Positions 18,982 to 27,654 are shown, counted from the first letter of the stretch. The stretch: 64,000 bases of DNA from an uncultured Alphaproteobacteria bacterium (GCA_964645285.1 CAZYDR010000001.1:4182-68181), one strand, 5' to 3'. Numbers and translations: made by a program. The notes: generated from the letters alone by a model not told the origin.

Positions 18982-20460
18982 GTGACGGCAAAGAAACCGA
19001 ACGTCATCCTGATATTCGTCGATAATCATCCCGCGAATATGCTGGGATGCGCCGGCAACGACGAGGTTCACACGCCACATCTCGACAGCCTTGCGGCGCA
19101 AGGCACCCGGTTCAGCGACGCCTATTGTCCGAACGCCATGTGTTCGCCGTGCCGGGCATCGGTTCTGACAGGACTGATGCCTTCGCAACACGGCATTCAC
19201 ACCTGGCTGGATGACGCCGTCATCGACACCTGGCCGGAGAAATGGAATGCCATCGCGGAATTCTATACCCTGCCTGAACGCCTCGTTGAGGAGGGATACG
19301 ACACCGCGCTTATCGGAAAGTATCACCTTGGCATTGCCGACGAACCGCAGAATGGATTCAGGGAGTGGGTGACCTTACAGATCGGTCATGTATTGTCATT
19401 CTACGACAACGCGATGATCGACAACGGCAAGCGGGTTACCCATCCGGGGCATTCGGTCGATTATTTTACACAGCGCGCCGTTGACTATATCGGGGATCGC
19501 GGCAACGCTCCGGACCAGCCCTTCTTCATGTTTCTGACGTATCCGGCGCCTTACGGGCACTGGCCTTCCATCCAGGGCGAGCCGAACAATCGCTTCGCCG
19601 AGCGCTATCGCAATACCCCGTTCAATTCCGTGCCGCGAGAGGGGGTCAGCGGGAGTCTGGTTAACTGGTTGCTGGTCAGGCACGACAAAGTGCCTGGAGA
19701 AAAAGACCATGGTTATGTCGAGGATATGATTCAGATTCCCAACGACATGCCAACATTGCGAAACTACTACTCGCAGATGAGCATGGTCGACGAAGGCGTT
19801 GGAAATGTCCTGGCCGCGCTCGACAACAGCGGCCTGAGCGAGGATACGCTGGTCATCTATACGTCCGATCATGGCATGTCGCTGGGCGAGCATGGGTTCT
19901 GGGGGCATGGCGAGGATACCTGGCCGTCCAACACGTTTCGTGAAGCCAACCATATTCCGCTGATCGTAAGACCGCCCGGTGGCCCGGGCGGCGACCGCGT
20001 GGAACAACGCTTGGTCGGCACCACGGACATATTCGCCACCATTCTGGATTATTCGGGCGCCGCCTCGCCCGGCAAGGATGAAACAGCGTCGAGAAGCCTT
20101 CGCCGATTGATCGAAGGGTCCGAGTCTGATTGGAACGACGCCGTGTTCATGGAACAGGAGGAAACCCGGTCCATTCGGACTCCCGAATGGCTGTTCATGC
20201 GACGGTTCGAGCCGACCTCGTACAATTTCGATCACGAGCTGTTCGATTTGACGCAGGACCCCGACGAACGAAACAATGTCGCCAATGACCCTTCATACCG
20301 GTCGGTCGTCGACGAGTTGTCAGCCCGAATAGAGGCTTACTTTGAAAAATATTCCGACCCCAAATGGAACTTGTGGAAGGGCGGTACCTTGAAGTCAAAC
20401 TCGGGCAGACCATTTCTCTGGAAAGAAGCGTGGGGAGAGAATTGGGAACCAGGATTCTAA
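18982..20460 (+). CDS. sulfatase-family protein (formylglycine-dependent)
   Basis: The CxPxR formylglycine motif CSPCRAS is followed by GLMPSQHG, and the N-terminus PNVILIFVDN is typical of the alkaline-phosphatase-like sulfatase fold. Confidence 0.85.
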   Translation: MTAKKPNVILIFVDNHPANMLGCAGNDEVHTPHLDSLAAQGTRFSDAYCPNAMCSPCRASVLTGLMPSQHGIHTWLDDAVIDTWPEKWNAIAEFYTLPERLVEEGYDTALIGKYHLGIADEPQNGFREWVTLQIGHVLSFYDNAMIDNGKRVTHPGHSVDYFTQRAVDYIGDRGNAPDQPFFMFLTYPAPYGHWPSIQGEPNNRFAERYRNTPFNSVPREGVSGSLVNWLLVRHDKVPGEKDHGYVEDMIQIPNDMPTLRNYYSQMSMVDEGVGNVLAALDNSGLSEDTLVIYTSDHGMSLGEHGFWGHGEDTWPSNTFREANHIPLIVRPPGGPGGDRVEQRLVGTTDIFATILDYSGAASPGKDETASRSLRRLIEGSESDWNDAVFMEQEETRSIRTPEWLFMRRFEPTSYNFDHELFDLTQDPDERNNVANDPSYRSVVDELSARIEAYFEKYSDPKWNLWKGGTLKSNSGRPFLWKEAWGENWEPGF

Positions 20461-20525
20461 ACGGAAACCGACGCGGATTAGGCTAGTCGTGGTTTCCAGT
20501 GAGCGTTGGAAAAGAATTTCAGGGG

Positions 20526-20569
20526 CGCCGACAATTCATGGAATTGATTCCGTGGTCAAGGTCGAATCT
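20526..20569. repeat. ~44-bp IS30-like terminus adjacent to the transposase remnant
   Basis: GCGCCGACAATTCATGGAATTGATTCCGTGGTCAAGGTCGAATC; partner of 14472..14515. Confidence 0.6.
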
Positions 20570-20604
20570 TGACATCGGAGCATGTCCGCTGTTGGGATGC
20601 CGCC

Positions 20605-20746
20605 TCAGGGTCGCAATGTAGCTGTTCTGCGGTCCCGACAACAAATCGCCTTCCCAGTGACCCGGCACCGCCCGATCCTCGACCGAAGCCGGGCGCTCGC
20701 TGATCGACACCATGTCCCTGATCTGACCACGGTCAATGCCTTTCCG
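20605..20746 (-). mobile_element. IS30-family transposase remnant (internal ~47 codons only)
   Basis: RRKGIDRGQIRDMVSISERPASVEDRAVPGHWEGDLLSGPQNSYIATL matches the conserved IS30 core up to the HWEGDL motif. Flanking sequence in the same frame loses similarity, so the gene is internally deleted and inactive. Confidence 0.6.
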
Positions 20747-20799
20747 CCGCGCCAGTTTGGAGCGACGGATCGTGCGCCTGGCGTCTGGCGACCCTTCGG

Positions 20800-21074
20800 A
20801 CGCCCCGCTGATCGACTTCAATTATCTTGACGCGCCAGAAGACTTGGATGACTTGCGCGCCTGTGTTCACCAAGCGCGCGATGTGGTGGCGCAGGAGGCC
20901 TTCGATCCCTATCGTAGGCCGGCCGAAGAGCCCTGGGCTTCCGCCCGCGCGGACGACGGAATTGACCAGCTCATCCGCAAAACCGCGGAGAGCGCCTATC
21001 ATCCCTGTGGGACCTGTAAGATGGGCCACGACCTGCGCATCCACGTGCCGCTGGTGATCGGCGCCGATCTCTGA
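20800..21074 (+). pseudogene. C-terminal fragment of a GMC-family oxidoreductase (choline-dehydrogenase-like), 5' part missing
   Basis: NYLDAPEDLDDLRACVHQARDVVAQEAFDPYRR...AESAYHPCGTCKMG matches the GMC oxidoreductase C-terminal substrate-binding domain, including the catalytic His region. Only about 90 codons remain, downstream of the IS30 remnant. Confidence 0.65.
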
Positions 21075-21108
21075 GACCATACCCGGCCAAACCTTGAGGA
21101 GCGGAACC

Positions 21109-21291
21109 ATGGCGCTGGAAATGCGCGAGCAATGCGAGAAGTGTGAGCGGGCTTTGGGCAACGGCGACGAGGCTCATATCTGCAGCTATGAATGCACCTT
21201 TTGCGGCGACTGCACGGGCGCCATGAACGCCGTCTGCCCCAACTGCGGCGGCGAGCTGTTGCGCCGGCCGCGCCGCGCAGCATCCGACTAG
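21109..21291 (+). CDS. DUF1272 family small Cys-rich protein
   Basis: CEKCERAL...ICSYECTFCGDCTGAMNAVCPNCGGELLRRP fits the DUF1272 zinc-ribbon-like pattern. There is a GAGGAG RBS 8 nt upstream of the ATG. Confidence 0.6.
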   Translation: MALEMREQCEKCERALGNGDEAHICSYECTFCGDCTGAMNAVCPNCGGELLRRPRRAASD

Positions 21292-21300
21292 GCACCGTCC

Positions 21301-21636
21301 GTGGAACCCCGGCTCGGCGCCCAGCTATGGGTCGAGGCTCATATCTGGCGCTGCTGGACCAACGACGTGCCGGCCATGCTGGTGCGCCGCGGCCACGACA
21401 TGGCGGGGATCGTACTGCTCAAGATCAATCGTATCGAGGACGGCTGTACGGTGCTGGCGCCGGCCACGGATCTCGACGGCAATCGAACCTGGTTTCATGC
21501 CAGCGGCGAGCCGTGGGTATCGGAGGCCGACGCGGATGGGTATATCGCCCGTCGCTTGGAGAGCGATCCGGACCTCTGGGTGGTCGAGATCGAGGATCGC
21601 GAAGGCCGACACTTCCTCGACGACCCGGTGGAATAG
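21301..21636 (+). CDS. DUF1491 family protein
   Basis: LWVEAHIWRCWTNDVPAMLVRRGHDMAGIVLLKINR resembles DUF1491; GTG start. Confidence 0.55.
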   Translation: MEPRLGAQLWVEAHIWRCWTNDVPAMLVRRGHDMAGIVLLKINRIEDGCTVLAPATDLDGNRTWFHASGEPWVSEADADGYIARRLESDPDLWVVEIEDREGRHFLDDPVE

Positions 21637-21656
21637 GCGCGCCTATTCCACGCGCG
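21631..21656. repeat. 26-nt perfect palindrome overlapping the DUF1491 stop codon
   Basis: GTGGAATAGGCGC|GCGCCTATTCCAC is fully self-complementary. No U-tract follows it. Confidence 0.6.
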
Positions 21657-22027
21657 CGCGGCGCCCCGGGTTACAGGACGACAGATACGGCGATCGAAAG
21701 AGCGATGATGGCGAAGGCGGTCAGGCTGCTGACCAGAAGGCCGTCGTAGAGTCGCAAAATTCGGTCGATAAGGCGGTGGTTCGTCGTCAACGTGGTCTTC
21801 TGCCCGGCCGATGCCGGGCCTGCATAGTCGGTCGCTTGGATGCCAGCGGGCCGAGGTTCGAAACCACCGCTTCAATCTACGCCCGCGGTATTAACAATTC
21901 CTGACGACGGGCGAAAAAAATGTGCCCTACAGGAAAATAATTTCGCGCCAAGAGGATTGGACCCGTGGCAACGCTTGGCCTAGCATGGCCGCCCGATTAT
22001 CACCGTCGTCGCGCGCAAGGAATCACC

Positions 22028-22807
22028 ATGCCTAAACTCGCCGCCAATCTCAGTATGATGTTCAACGAGGTCGACTTCCTCGACCGTTTTGCCGCCGTCG
22101 CCAAGGCCGGCTTCAAGGGCGTCGAATATCTCTTCCCCTACGAACACGACAAGGATCAGCTCGCCGAGCTGCTCGGCAAGCACGGCCTGACCCAGGCGCT
22201 GCATAATATGCCGGCGGGCGGTTGGGGCACCGGTGAGCGCGGCCTTGGCTGCCTCCCTGACCGGGTTACCGAGTTTCAGGACGGCGTCGGCCTAGCCATC
22301 GATTACGCCACCACATTGGGCTGCAAGCGGCTCAACTGCCTGGCCGGCGTGGCGCCGGACGGAGTTGATGACGACGCCCTGCGCGATACCTTCGTGCACA
22401 ACCTGCGCTTCGCCGCCGGCGAATGCGCCAAGGCCGGCATCACCGTGATGAGCGAGCCCATCAACACCCGAGATATTCCCGGCTTCTACCTGAACCGCAC
22501 GAACCAGGCGTTAGCTATCTTCGACGAGGTCGACGCGCCAAACCTCATGCTGCAATACGACATCTATCACATGCAGATCATGGAGGGCGATCTCGCCCCC
22601 ACCATCGAGGCCAATCTCGGCCGCATCGCCCACATGCAGCTCGCCGACACCCCAGGCCGCCACGAGCCGGGCAGCGGCGAAATCAACTTCGACTTCCTGC
22701 TCGGCCACATCGACACCATCGGCTACGACGGCTGGATCGGCTGCGAATACAAACCCGCCGGCAACACTGTCGAAGGCCTCGGCTGGACCACACCCTATCT
22801 CGCGTAG
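22028..22807 (+). CDS. hyi: hydroxypyruvate isomerase / xylose-isomerase-like TIM-barrel protein
   Basis: MPKLAANLSMMFNEVDFLDRF...GFKGVEY is near-canonical for Hyi. The start is trimmed to that Met. Confidence 0.8.
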   Translation: MPKLAANLSMMFNEVDFLDRFAAVAKAGFKGVEYLFPYEHDKDQLAELLGKHGLTQALHNMPAGGWGTGERGLGCLPDRVTEFQDGVGLAIDYATTLGCKRLNCLAGVAPDGVDDDALRDTFVHNLRFAAGECAKAGITVMSEPINTRDIPGFYLNRTNQALAIFDEVDAPNLMLQYDIYHMQIMEGDLAPTIEANLGRIAHMQLADTPGRHEPGSGEINFDFLLGHIDTIGYDGWIGCEYKPAGNTVEGLGWTTPYLA

Positions 22808-22844
22808 TACCGCGACACATGCAATCACGAAAGGAAACAGACAA

Positions 22845-23732
22845 ATGACAAACATCGGATTTATCGGCCTTGGCATCATGGGACGCCCGATGGCAGGCCA
22901 TCTGCTGACGGCCGGCCACGAGTTGGCGCTGTACGACAAGTACATCTCGCCGTTGCCCCGGGAGTTGACGGACGGCGAAGGCATCGAATGCGCTTCGGGC
23001 AAGGAGGTGACCGAACGCTCCGACGTCATCATCGTCATGGTGCCCGACACCCCCGATGTCGAGGCGGTGCTGTTTGGCGCCGGCGGCGTTGCCGAGGGCT
23101 TGTCCAAGGGCAAGACCGTGATCGACATGAGCTCGATCTCGCCGATCGAGACCAAGGACTTCGCCAAGCGCGTCAACGATCTCGGCTGCGACTACCTCGA
23201 TGCGCCGGTGTCCGGCGGCGAGGTCGGCGCCAAGGCCGGCGCCCTGACCATCATGGTCGGCGCCGAGCAGGCGGCCTTCGACGCCATGACGCCGCTGTTC
23301 GAAATCATGGGCCAGAACATCACCCTGGTCGGCGGCAACGGCGACGGCCAAACCTGCAAGGTTGCCAACCAGATCATCGTCGCGCTCAACATCGAGGCCG
23401 TCGCCGAAGCCCTGCTGTTCGCCGCCAAGGCGGGCGCCGACCCGGCCAAGGTGCGCGAGGCGCTGATGGGCGGATTCGCCTCGTCAAAGATCCTTGAGGT
23501 CCATGGCGAGCGCATGATCAAGCGCACCTTCGATCCCGGCTTCCGTATCCGCCTGCATCAGAAAGACCTCAGCCTCGCCCTTTCCGGCGCCCGCGCCCTG
23601 GGCCTCAGCCTACCCAACACGGCGACGGCTCAGGAACTGTTCAACGCCTGCAGCGCCAACGGCGGCGCCGACTGGGACCACTCGGCCATGGTCAAGGCCC
23701 TCGAGCTCATGGGCGGCCACGAGGTCGGGTGA
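22845..23732 (+). CDS. 2-hydroxy-3-oxopropionate (tartronate semialdehyde) reductase / beta-hydroxyacid dehydrogenase family
   Basis: The N-terminal GFIGLGIMGRPMAGHL NAD(P)-binding motif is present; the 3-hydroxyisobutyrate dehydrogenase family includes GlxR/GarR. Confidence 0.8.
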   Translation: MTNIGFIGLGIMGRPMAGHLLTAGHELALYDKYISPLPRELTDGEGIECASGKEVTERSDVIIVMVPDTPDVEAVLFGAGGVAEGLSKGKTVIDMSSISPIETKDFAKRVNDLGCDYLDAPVSGGEVGAKAGALTIMVGAEQAAFDAMTPLFEIMGQNITLVGGNGDGQTCKVANQIIVALNIEAVAEALLFAAKAGADPAKVREALMGGFASSKILEVHGERMIKRTFDPGFRIRLHQKDLSLALSGARALGLSLPNTATAQELFNACSANGGADWDHSAMVKALELMGGHEVG

Positions 23733-23736
23733 GGCC

Positions 23737-24489
23737 ATGACATTGCAAGTCGCCGACCACTGGTTCGAACACCGGGCTATCGATGATGACCTGACCCTGA
23801 TATGGGAGCCCCATGTAACGTCGTTCGGGCGCTGTAATATCTGGCATGTGCGGGGCCGTGACCGGGACATGCTGATCGACACCGGCATGGGTATGGCGTC
23901 GTTGAAAGACGCCATAGGCCATATGCTGGACAAGCCGGTGCTGGCGGTGGCCAGCCATACCCACTTCGATCATGTGGGCTCGCACCACGAGTTCGACGAG
24001 CGCGTGGTCCATGCCGGCGAGGCCGATACCCTGGCCCACCCGACTGGCGAAAACACGGTGGCCGCCGGCTACGTTGATGAGACCATGATCACCGCCCTAC
24101 CCCACGCCGGCTACGACGTCGCCACCTACGAAATCAAGGCGGCGCCGGCGACCCGGGTGGTCGAGAACGGCGACGTTATTGATCTCGGTGACCGGATCTT
24201 CGAGGTCATCCACATGCCCGGCCACTCGCCCGGCAGCATGGGCCTGTGGGAGGAGGCGAGCGGTCTGTTGTTCTCGGGCGACGCCATCTACGACGGCCAA
24301 TTGCTCGACTCGCTCTACCACTCCGACGTTCCCGACTACCTCACCACCCTCGAGCGCCTGCGCGCCCTCCCCGCCAATGTGGTCCACGGCGGCCACAAGT
24401 CGAGCTTCGGCCACGAGCGCATGATCGAGATCGTCGACGACTACATGGCCGGCAAACGCGCGCCGGAATGCCCGGGGAAGACGACGTAG
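23737..24489 (+). CDS. MBL-fold metallo-hydrolase
   Basis: HxHxDH motif in ASHTHFDHVGSHHEF, and the downstream His in HMPGHSPGS. Confidence 0.75.
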   Translation: MTLQVADHWFEHRAIDDDLTLIWEPHVTSFGRCNIWHVRGRDRDMLIDTGMGMASLKDAIGHMLDKPVLAVASHTHFDHVGSHHEFDERVVHAGEADTLAHPTGENTVAAGYVDETMITALPHAGYDVATYEIKAAPATRVVENGDVIDLGDRIFEVIHMPGHSPGSMGLWEEASGLLFSGDAIYDGQLLDSLYHSDVPDYLTTLERLRALPANVVHGGHKSSFGHERMIEIVDDYMAGKRAPECPGKTT

Positions 24490-24589
24490 GATATCTGTCC
24501 ACACAGGGCGTCACACCTCTTCCAAACCGAGGCCGATCGGCTAGACTGCCGCCAGCAACAGCTTGGACATTAACCGGAGGACAGAGACC

Positions 24590-25483
24590 ATGAGTGAAAT
24601 GAATATGGGCGTCGTGCTCACCTGTGCGGTGACCGGTGCCAGCGATACGGCGGACAAGCATCCCGGCCTTCCGATCACGCCCGAGCAGATCGCGGCCGCG
24701 GCTATCGAAGCCGCCAAGGCCGGTGCCTCAGTGGCCCATTGCCACGTGCGCGACCCGAAAACCGGCAAAAATGCCTTCCGCACGGACCTGTTTCGTGAAG
24801 TGACCGAGCGCATCCGCGAGAGCGAGACCGACATCGTCATCAACCTGACCGGCGGCAACGGCGGTGCCATGATCATCGACGATTCCAACCCGACGGTCAT
24901 GATGGACGGCAGCGACATCACCACCCCAGAGGGCCGGGTCGCTCACGCGGTCGAACTGCAGCCGGAAATCTGCAGCCTCGACATGGGCAACATCACCTTC
25001 GGCGACAACGTCATCTATGCCGGCCACCCCACCGCTATGCGCGACATGGCCAAGCGTATGCAGGCCGCCGGGGTCAAGCCGGAGATCGAAGTCTTCGACG
25101 TGGGCCCCATCATCCTCGCGGGCCAGATGGTTGACGAGGGTCTGCTCGACGCCCCGCCGCTGTTCCAGCTGTGTCTCGGCATCGGCGTCAACGCGCCCAT
25201 GGACACCAAGGTCATGATCGCCATGCGAGACGTTTTGCCCGCCGGTGCCGCGTGGTCGTCCTTCGGCATTTCGCGCCACCAGATGGGTATGGTCGCCAAG
25301 TCCGTGGCCCTGGGCGGCAACGCTCGGGTCGGCCTCGAGGACAACCTATACCTGTCACGCGGCGTCCTGGCCTCCAACGGCCAGCTCGTCGAGAAGGCCC
25401 GCGGCATCATCGAAGCCATGGGTTCCCGCGTGCTGACGCCCCAGGAGACCCGCGAGAAGCTCAACCTGAACAAGGTCAGGTAA
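24590..25483 (+). CDS. BKACE-family beta-keto acid cleavage enzyme (3-keto-5-aminohexanoate cleavage enzyme-like, DUF849)
   Basis: MNMGVVLTCAVTGA...PITPEQIAAAAIEAAKAGASVAHCHVRDPKTG is a TIM-barrel Zn enzyme signature of Kce/BKACE. RBS GGAGGA. Confidence 0.8.
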   Translation: MSEMNMGVVLTCAVTGASDTADKHPGLPITPEQIAAAAIEAAKAGASVAHCHVRDPKTGKNAFRTDLFREVTERIRESETDIVINLTGGNGGAMIIDDSNPTVMMDGSDITTPEGRVAHAVELQPEICSLDMGNITFGDNVIYAGHPTAMRDMAKRMQAAGVKPEIEVFDVGPIILAGQMVDEGLLDAPPLFQLCLGIGVNAPMDTKVMIAMRDVLPAGAAWSSFGISRHQMGMVAKSVALGGNARVGLEDNLYLSRGVLASNGQLVEKARGIIEAMGSRVLTPQETREKLNLNKVR

Positions 25484-25590
25484 GCCCTCCCGCCTGCCGT
25501 CCCCCGGGGCCGCGCCCATGAAGGCGTCGTGGCGCGGCCCCGGTTGTTGCCCTCTATCCGCCGCTCCGGCGGCTCGGAAAAACCATCGCC

Positions 25591-27654
25591 ATGAATCCTG
25601 ATTCGCCTTACGCCGTCCTCTTCGACGAGGTCAAAATCGGCCCTGTCACCGCCAAGAACCGGTTCTACCAGGTACCCCACTGTAACGGCATGGGCCGCCG
25701 CTATCCCACCGAGATGGCGGTCATGCGCGGGGTCAAGGCGGAAGGCGGCTGGGCGGTGGTGGCTACCGAGCAATGCGACATCCATCCCACCACCGAGGTC
25801 GGCACCCAGATCCGCCTGTGGGACGATCAGGACATTCCGTACCTGGCGCGCATGACCGAGCAGGTCCACAAGCACAACAGCCTTGCGGCCATCGAGTTCG
25901 TCCACATGGGCTATTACGGCGCTAACCTGGAAAGCCGCGAGGCCCTCATGGCGCCGTCCGGGCGGCCGGCTTACATGGCCATACCGGCCTATGCCCGGAC
26001 CATGGACAAGCAGGATATTCGCGACGTCCGGCGCTGGCACCGGGCGGCGACGGTGCGCGCCAAGCAGGCCGGCTTCGACATCGTCATCGTCTACGCCGGC
26101 CACAATCTGTCCATGGCCATGCATTTCATGTCGCCGCGGCTCAACCAGCGCACCGACGAGTACGGCGGCTCCATGGAGAACCGGGCGCGGCTGTTCCGCG
26201 AGCTTATCGAGGAGACCAAGGACGCGGTCGGCGACACCTGCGGTGTTGCGGTTCGCATGGCGGTCGACGAACTCATGGGCGAGCGCGGCATCATGGGCGC
26301 GCGCGAAGGCCGCGAGGTGGTCGAGACGCTCGCCGAACTGCCCGATCTGTGGGACGTCAACTGCAGCGACTGGGCGAACGATTCCATCACCTCGCGCTTC
26401 GCCGAGGAAGGCTTCCAGGAGCCCTATATCGATTTCGTCAAAGGCCTGACCAGCAAGCCGGTGGCCGGGGTCGGTCGCTATACCAGCCCGGACCGCATGG
26501 TCTCCCTGGTCAACAAGGGCGTGCTCGACATGATCGGCGCAGCGCGGCCCGCCATCGCCGATTCGTTCCTGCCCAAGAAGATCGAGGAAGGCCGCATCGA
26601 GGACATTCGCGAGTGCATCGGCTGCAACAACTGCGTCGCCTCGAACATCCAGAAGGTGCCCATCCTGTGCACCCAGAACCCGACCCAAGGCGAAGAGTGG
26701 CGTCGCGGCTGGCACCCGGAGCGCATCGGGCCTAAGGATACGGATGACAGTGTGCTGGTGGTCGGCGCCGGCGCCGCCGGCCTGGAAGCCACGCGGGCCC
26801 TGGGCCAGCGCGGCTACAATGCGACCCTGGCCGAGGCCGGTACCGAACTCGGCGGCCGAGTCGGCCGGGAATCAACCCTGCCGGGCCTCTCCGCCTGGGG
26901 CCGGGTGCGTGACTACCGGGCCTATCAGATCAGCCAGATGGCCACGGTGGAGACCTACTTCGACAGCCGCATGGACGTCGATGGTGTGCTCGAGGCGGGC
27001 TACTCCCTGGTCGCCCTGGCCACCGGCGCGCGCTGGCGCCGGGACGGCACCGGCCGCTCAATCGACAACCCGGTTGCCGGCCTCGATAGACTGGCGGTCT
27101 ATTCACCGGACGACATCATGGCCGGCGCGGCGGTCGAAGGCCCGGTGGTGATCTACGACGACGATCAGTTCTACATGGGCGGCGTCATCGCCGAGGCATT
27201 GCGCGCCCGGGACCTCGACGTCGCCATCGTCACGCCAGGTGCCCTGGTCTCGTCCCACACGGTCTTCACCCTGGAACAGGACCGCATTCAGACCCAGTTG
27301 CTCAACGCCGGGGTCGAGATCGTCGCCCTCCACAACCTGGCGGCGCTCGACAGCGACGGCGCCACGGTAGCCTGCAACTTCACCGGCAAAACCCGCAAGC
27401 TGGCCGCCGCCTCGGTGGTCATGGTGACGACCATGGAACCGGTCGATGATCTCTACCAGGCCCTGGCCGCGCGCCACGATGAATGGGCCGATCACGGCAT
27501 CCGCCGCATCATTCGCATCGGCGACTGCCTGGCGCCAGGCACCATCGCCCAGGCCGTCTGGAGCGGCCACCGATTCGCCCGCGAACTCGGCGAAACCGAT
27601 GGCGACGAAGTGCCCTACCGTCGCGAGAACGTGGAATTATCGGCCGATTATTGA
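25591..27654 (+). CDS. trimethylamine/dimethylamine/histamine dehydrogenase-family flavoprotein (FMN + 4Fe-4S + ADP-binding domain)
   Basis: YQVPHC (the Cys that forms 6-S-cysteinyl-FMN in trimethylamine dehydrogenase), the 4Fe-4S motif CIGCNNCVASN...ILCTQNPTQGEEWRRGWHPE, and a C-terminal Rossmann VLVVGAGAAGLE. 687 aa. Confidence 0.8.
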   Translation: MNPDSPYAVLFDEVKIGPVTAKNRFYQVPHCNGMGRRYPTEMAVMRGVKAEGGWAVVATEQCDIHPTTEVGTQIRLWDDQDIPYLARMTEQVHKHNSLAAIEFVHMGYYGANLESREALMAPSGRPAYMAIPAYARTMDKQDIRDVRRWHRAATVRAKQAGFDIVIVYAGHNLSMAMHFMSPRLNQRTDEYGGSMENRARLFRELIEETKDAVGDTCGVAVRMAVDELMGERGIMGAREGREVVETLAELPDLWDVNCSDWANDSITSRFAEEGFQEPYIDFVKGLTSKPVAGVGRYTSPDRMVSLVNKGVLDMIGAARPAIADSFLPKKIEEGRIEDIRECIGCNNCVASNIQKVPILCTQNPTQGEEWRRGWHPERIGPKDTDDSVLVVGAGAAGLEATRALGQRGYNATLAEAGTELGGRVGRESTLPGLSAWGRVRDYRAYQISQMATVETYFDSRMDVDGVLEAGYSLVALATGARWRRDGTGRSIDNPVAGLDRLAVYSPDDIMAGAAVEGPVVIYDDDQFYMGGVIAEALRARDLDVAIVTPGALVSSHTVFTLEQDRIQTQLLNAGVEIVALHNLAALDSDGATVACNFTGKTRKLAAASVVMVTTMEPVDDLYQALAARHDEWADHGIRRIIRIGDCLAPGTIAQAVWSGHRFARELGETDGDEVPYRRENVELSADY

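Noticed and set aside
18982-20460. Naming the sulfatase BetC (choline sulfatase)
   Set aside because: Only family-level motifs (CxPxR, N-terminal beta-strand) are visible by eye. Subfamily assignment needs a phylogeny, so it is left as a generic sulfatase.
20582-20830. 82-aa plus-strand ORF over the IS30 remnant
   Set aside because: It is antisense to the recognisable IS30 transposase fragment and has no domain signal.
21773-21870. Possible tRNA or tmRNA piece suggested by a TTCGAAACC element inside a 9-bp closing helix
   Set aside because: No cloverleaf can be drawn. There is no D-arm complement, the anticodon-arm candidate has a 7-bp stem with a 4-nt loop, there is no T-stem complement, and there is no encoded CCA. 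It is kept only as a candidate structured RNA in the findings.
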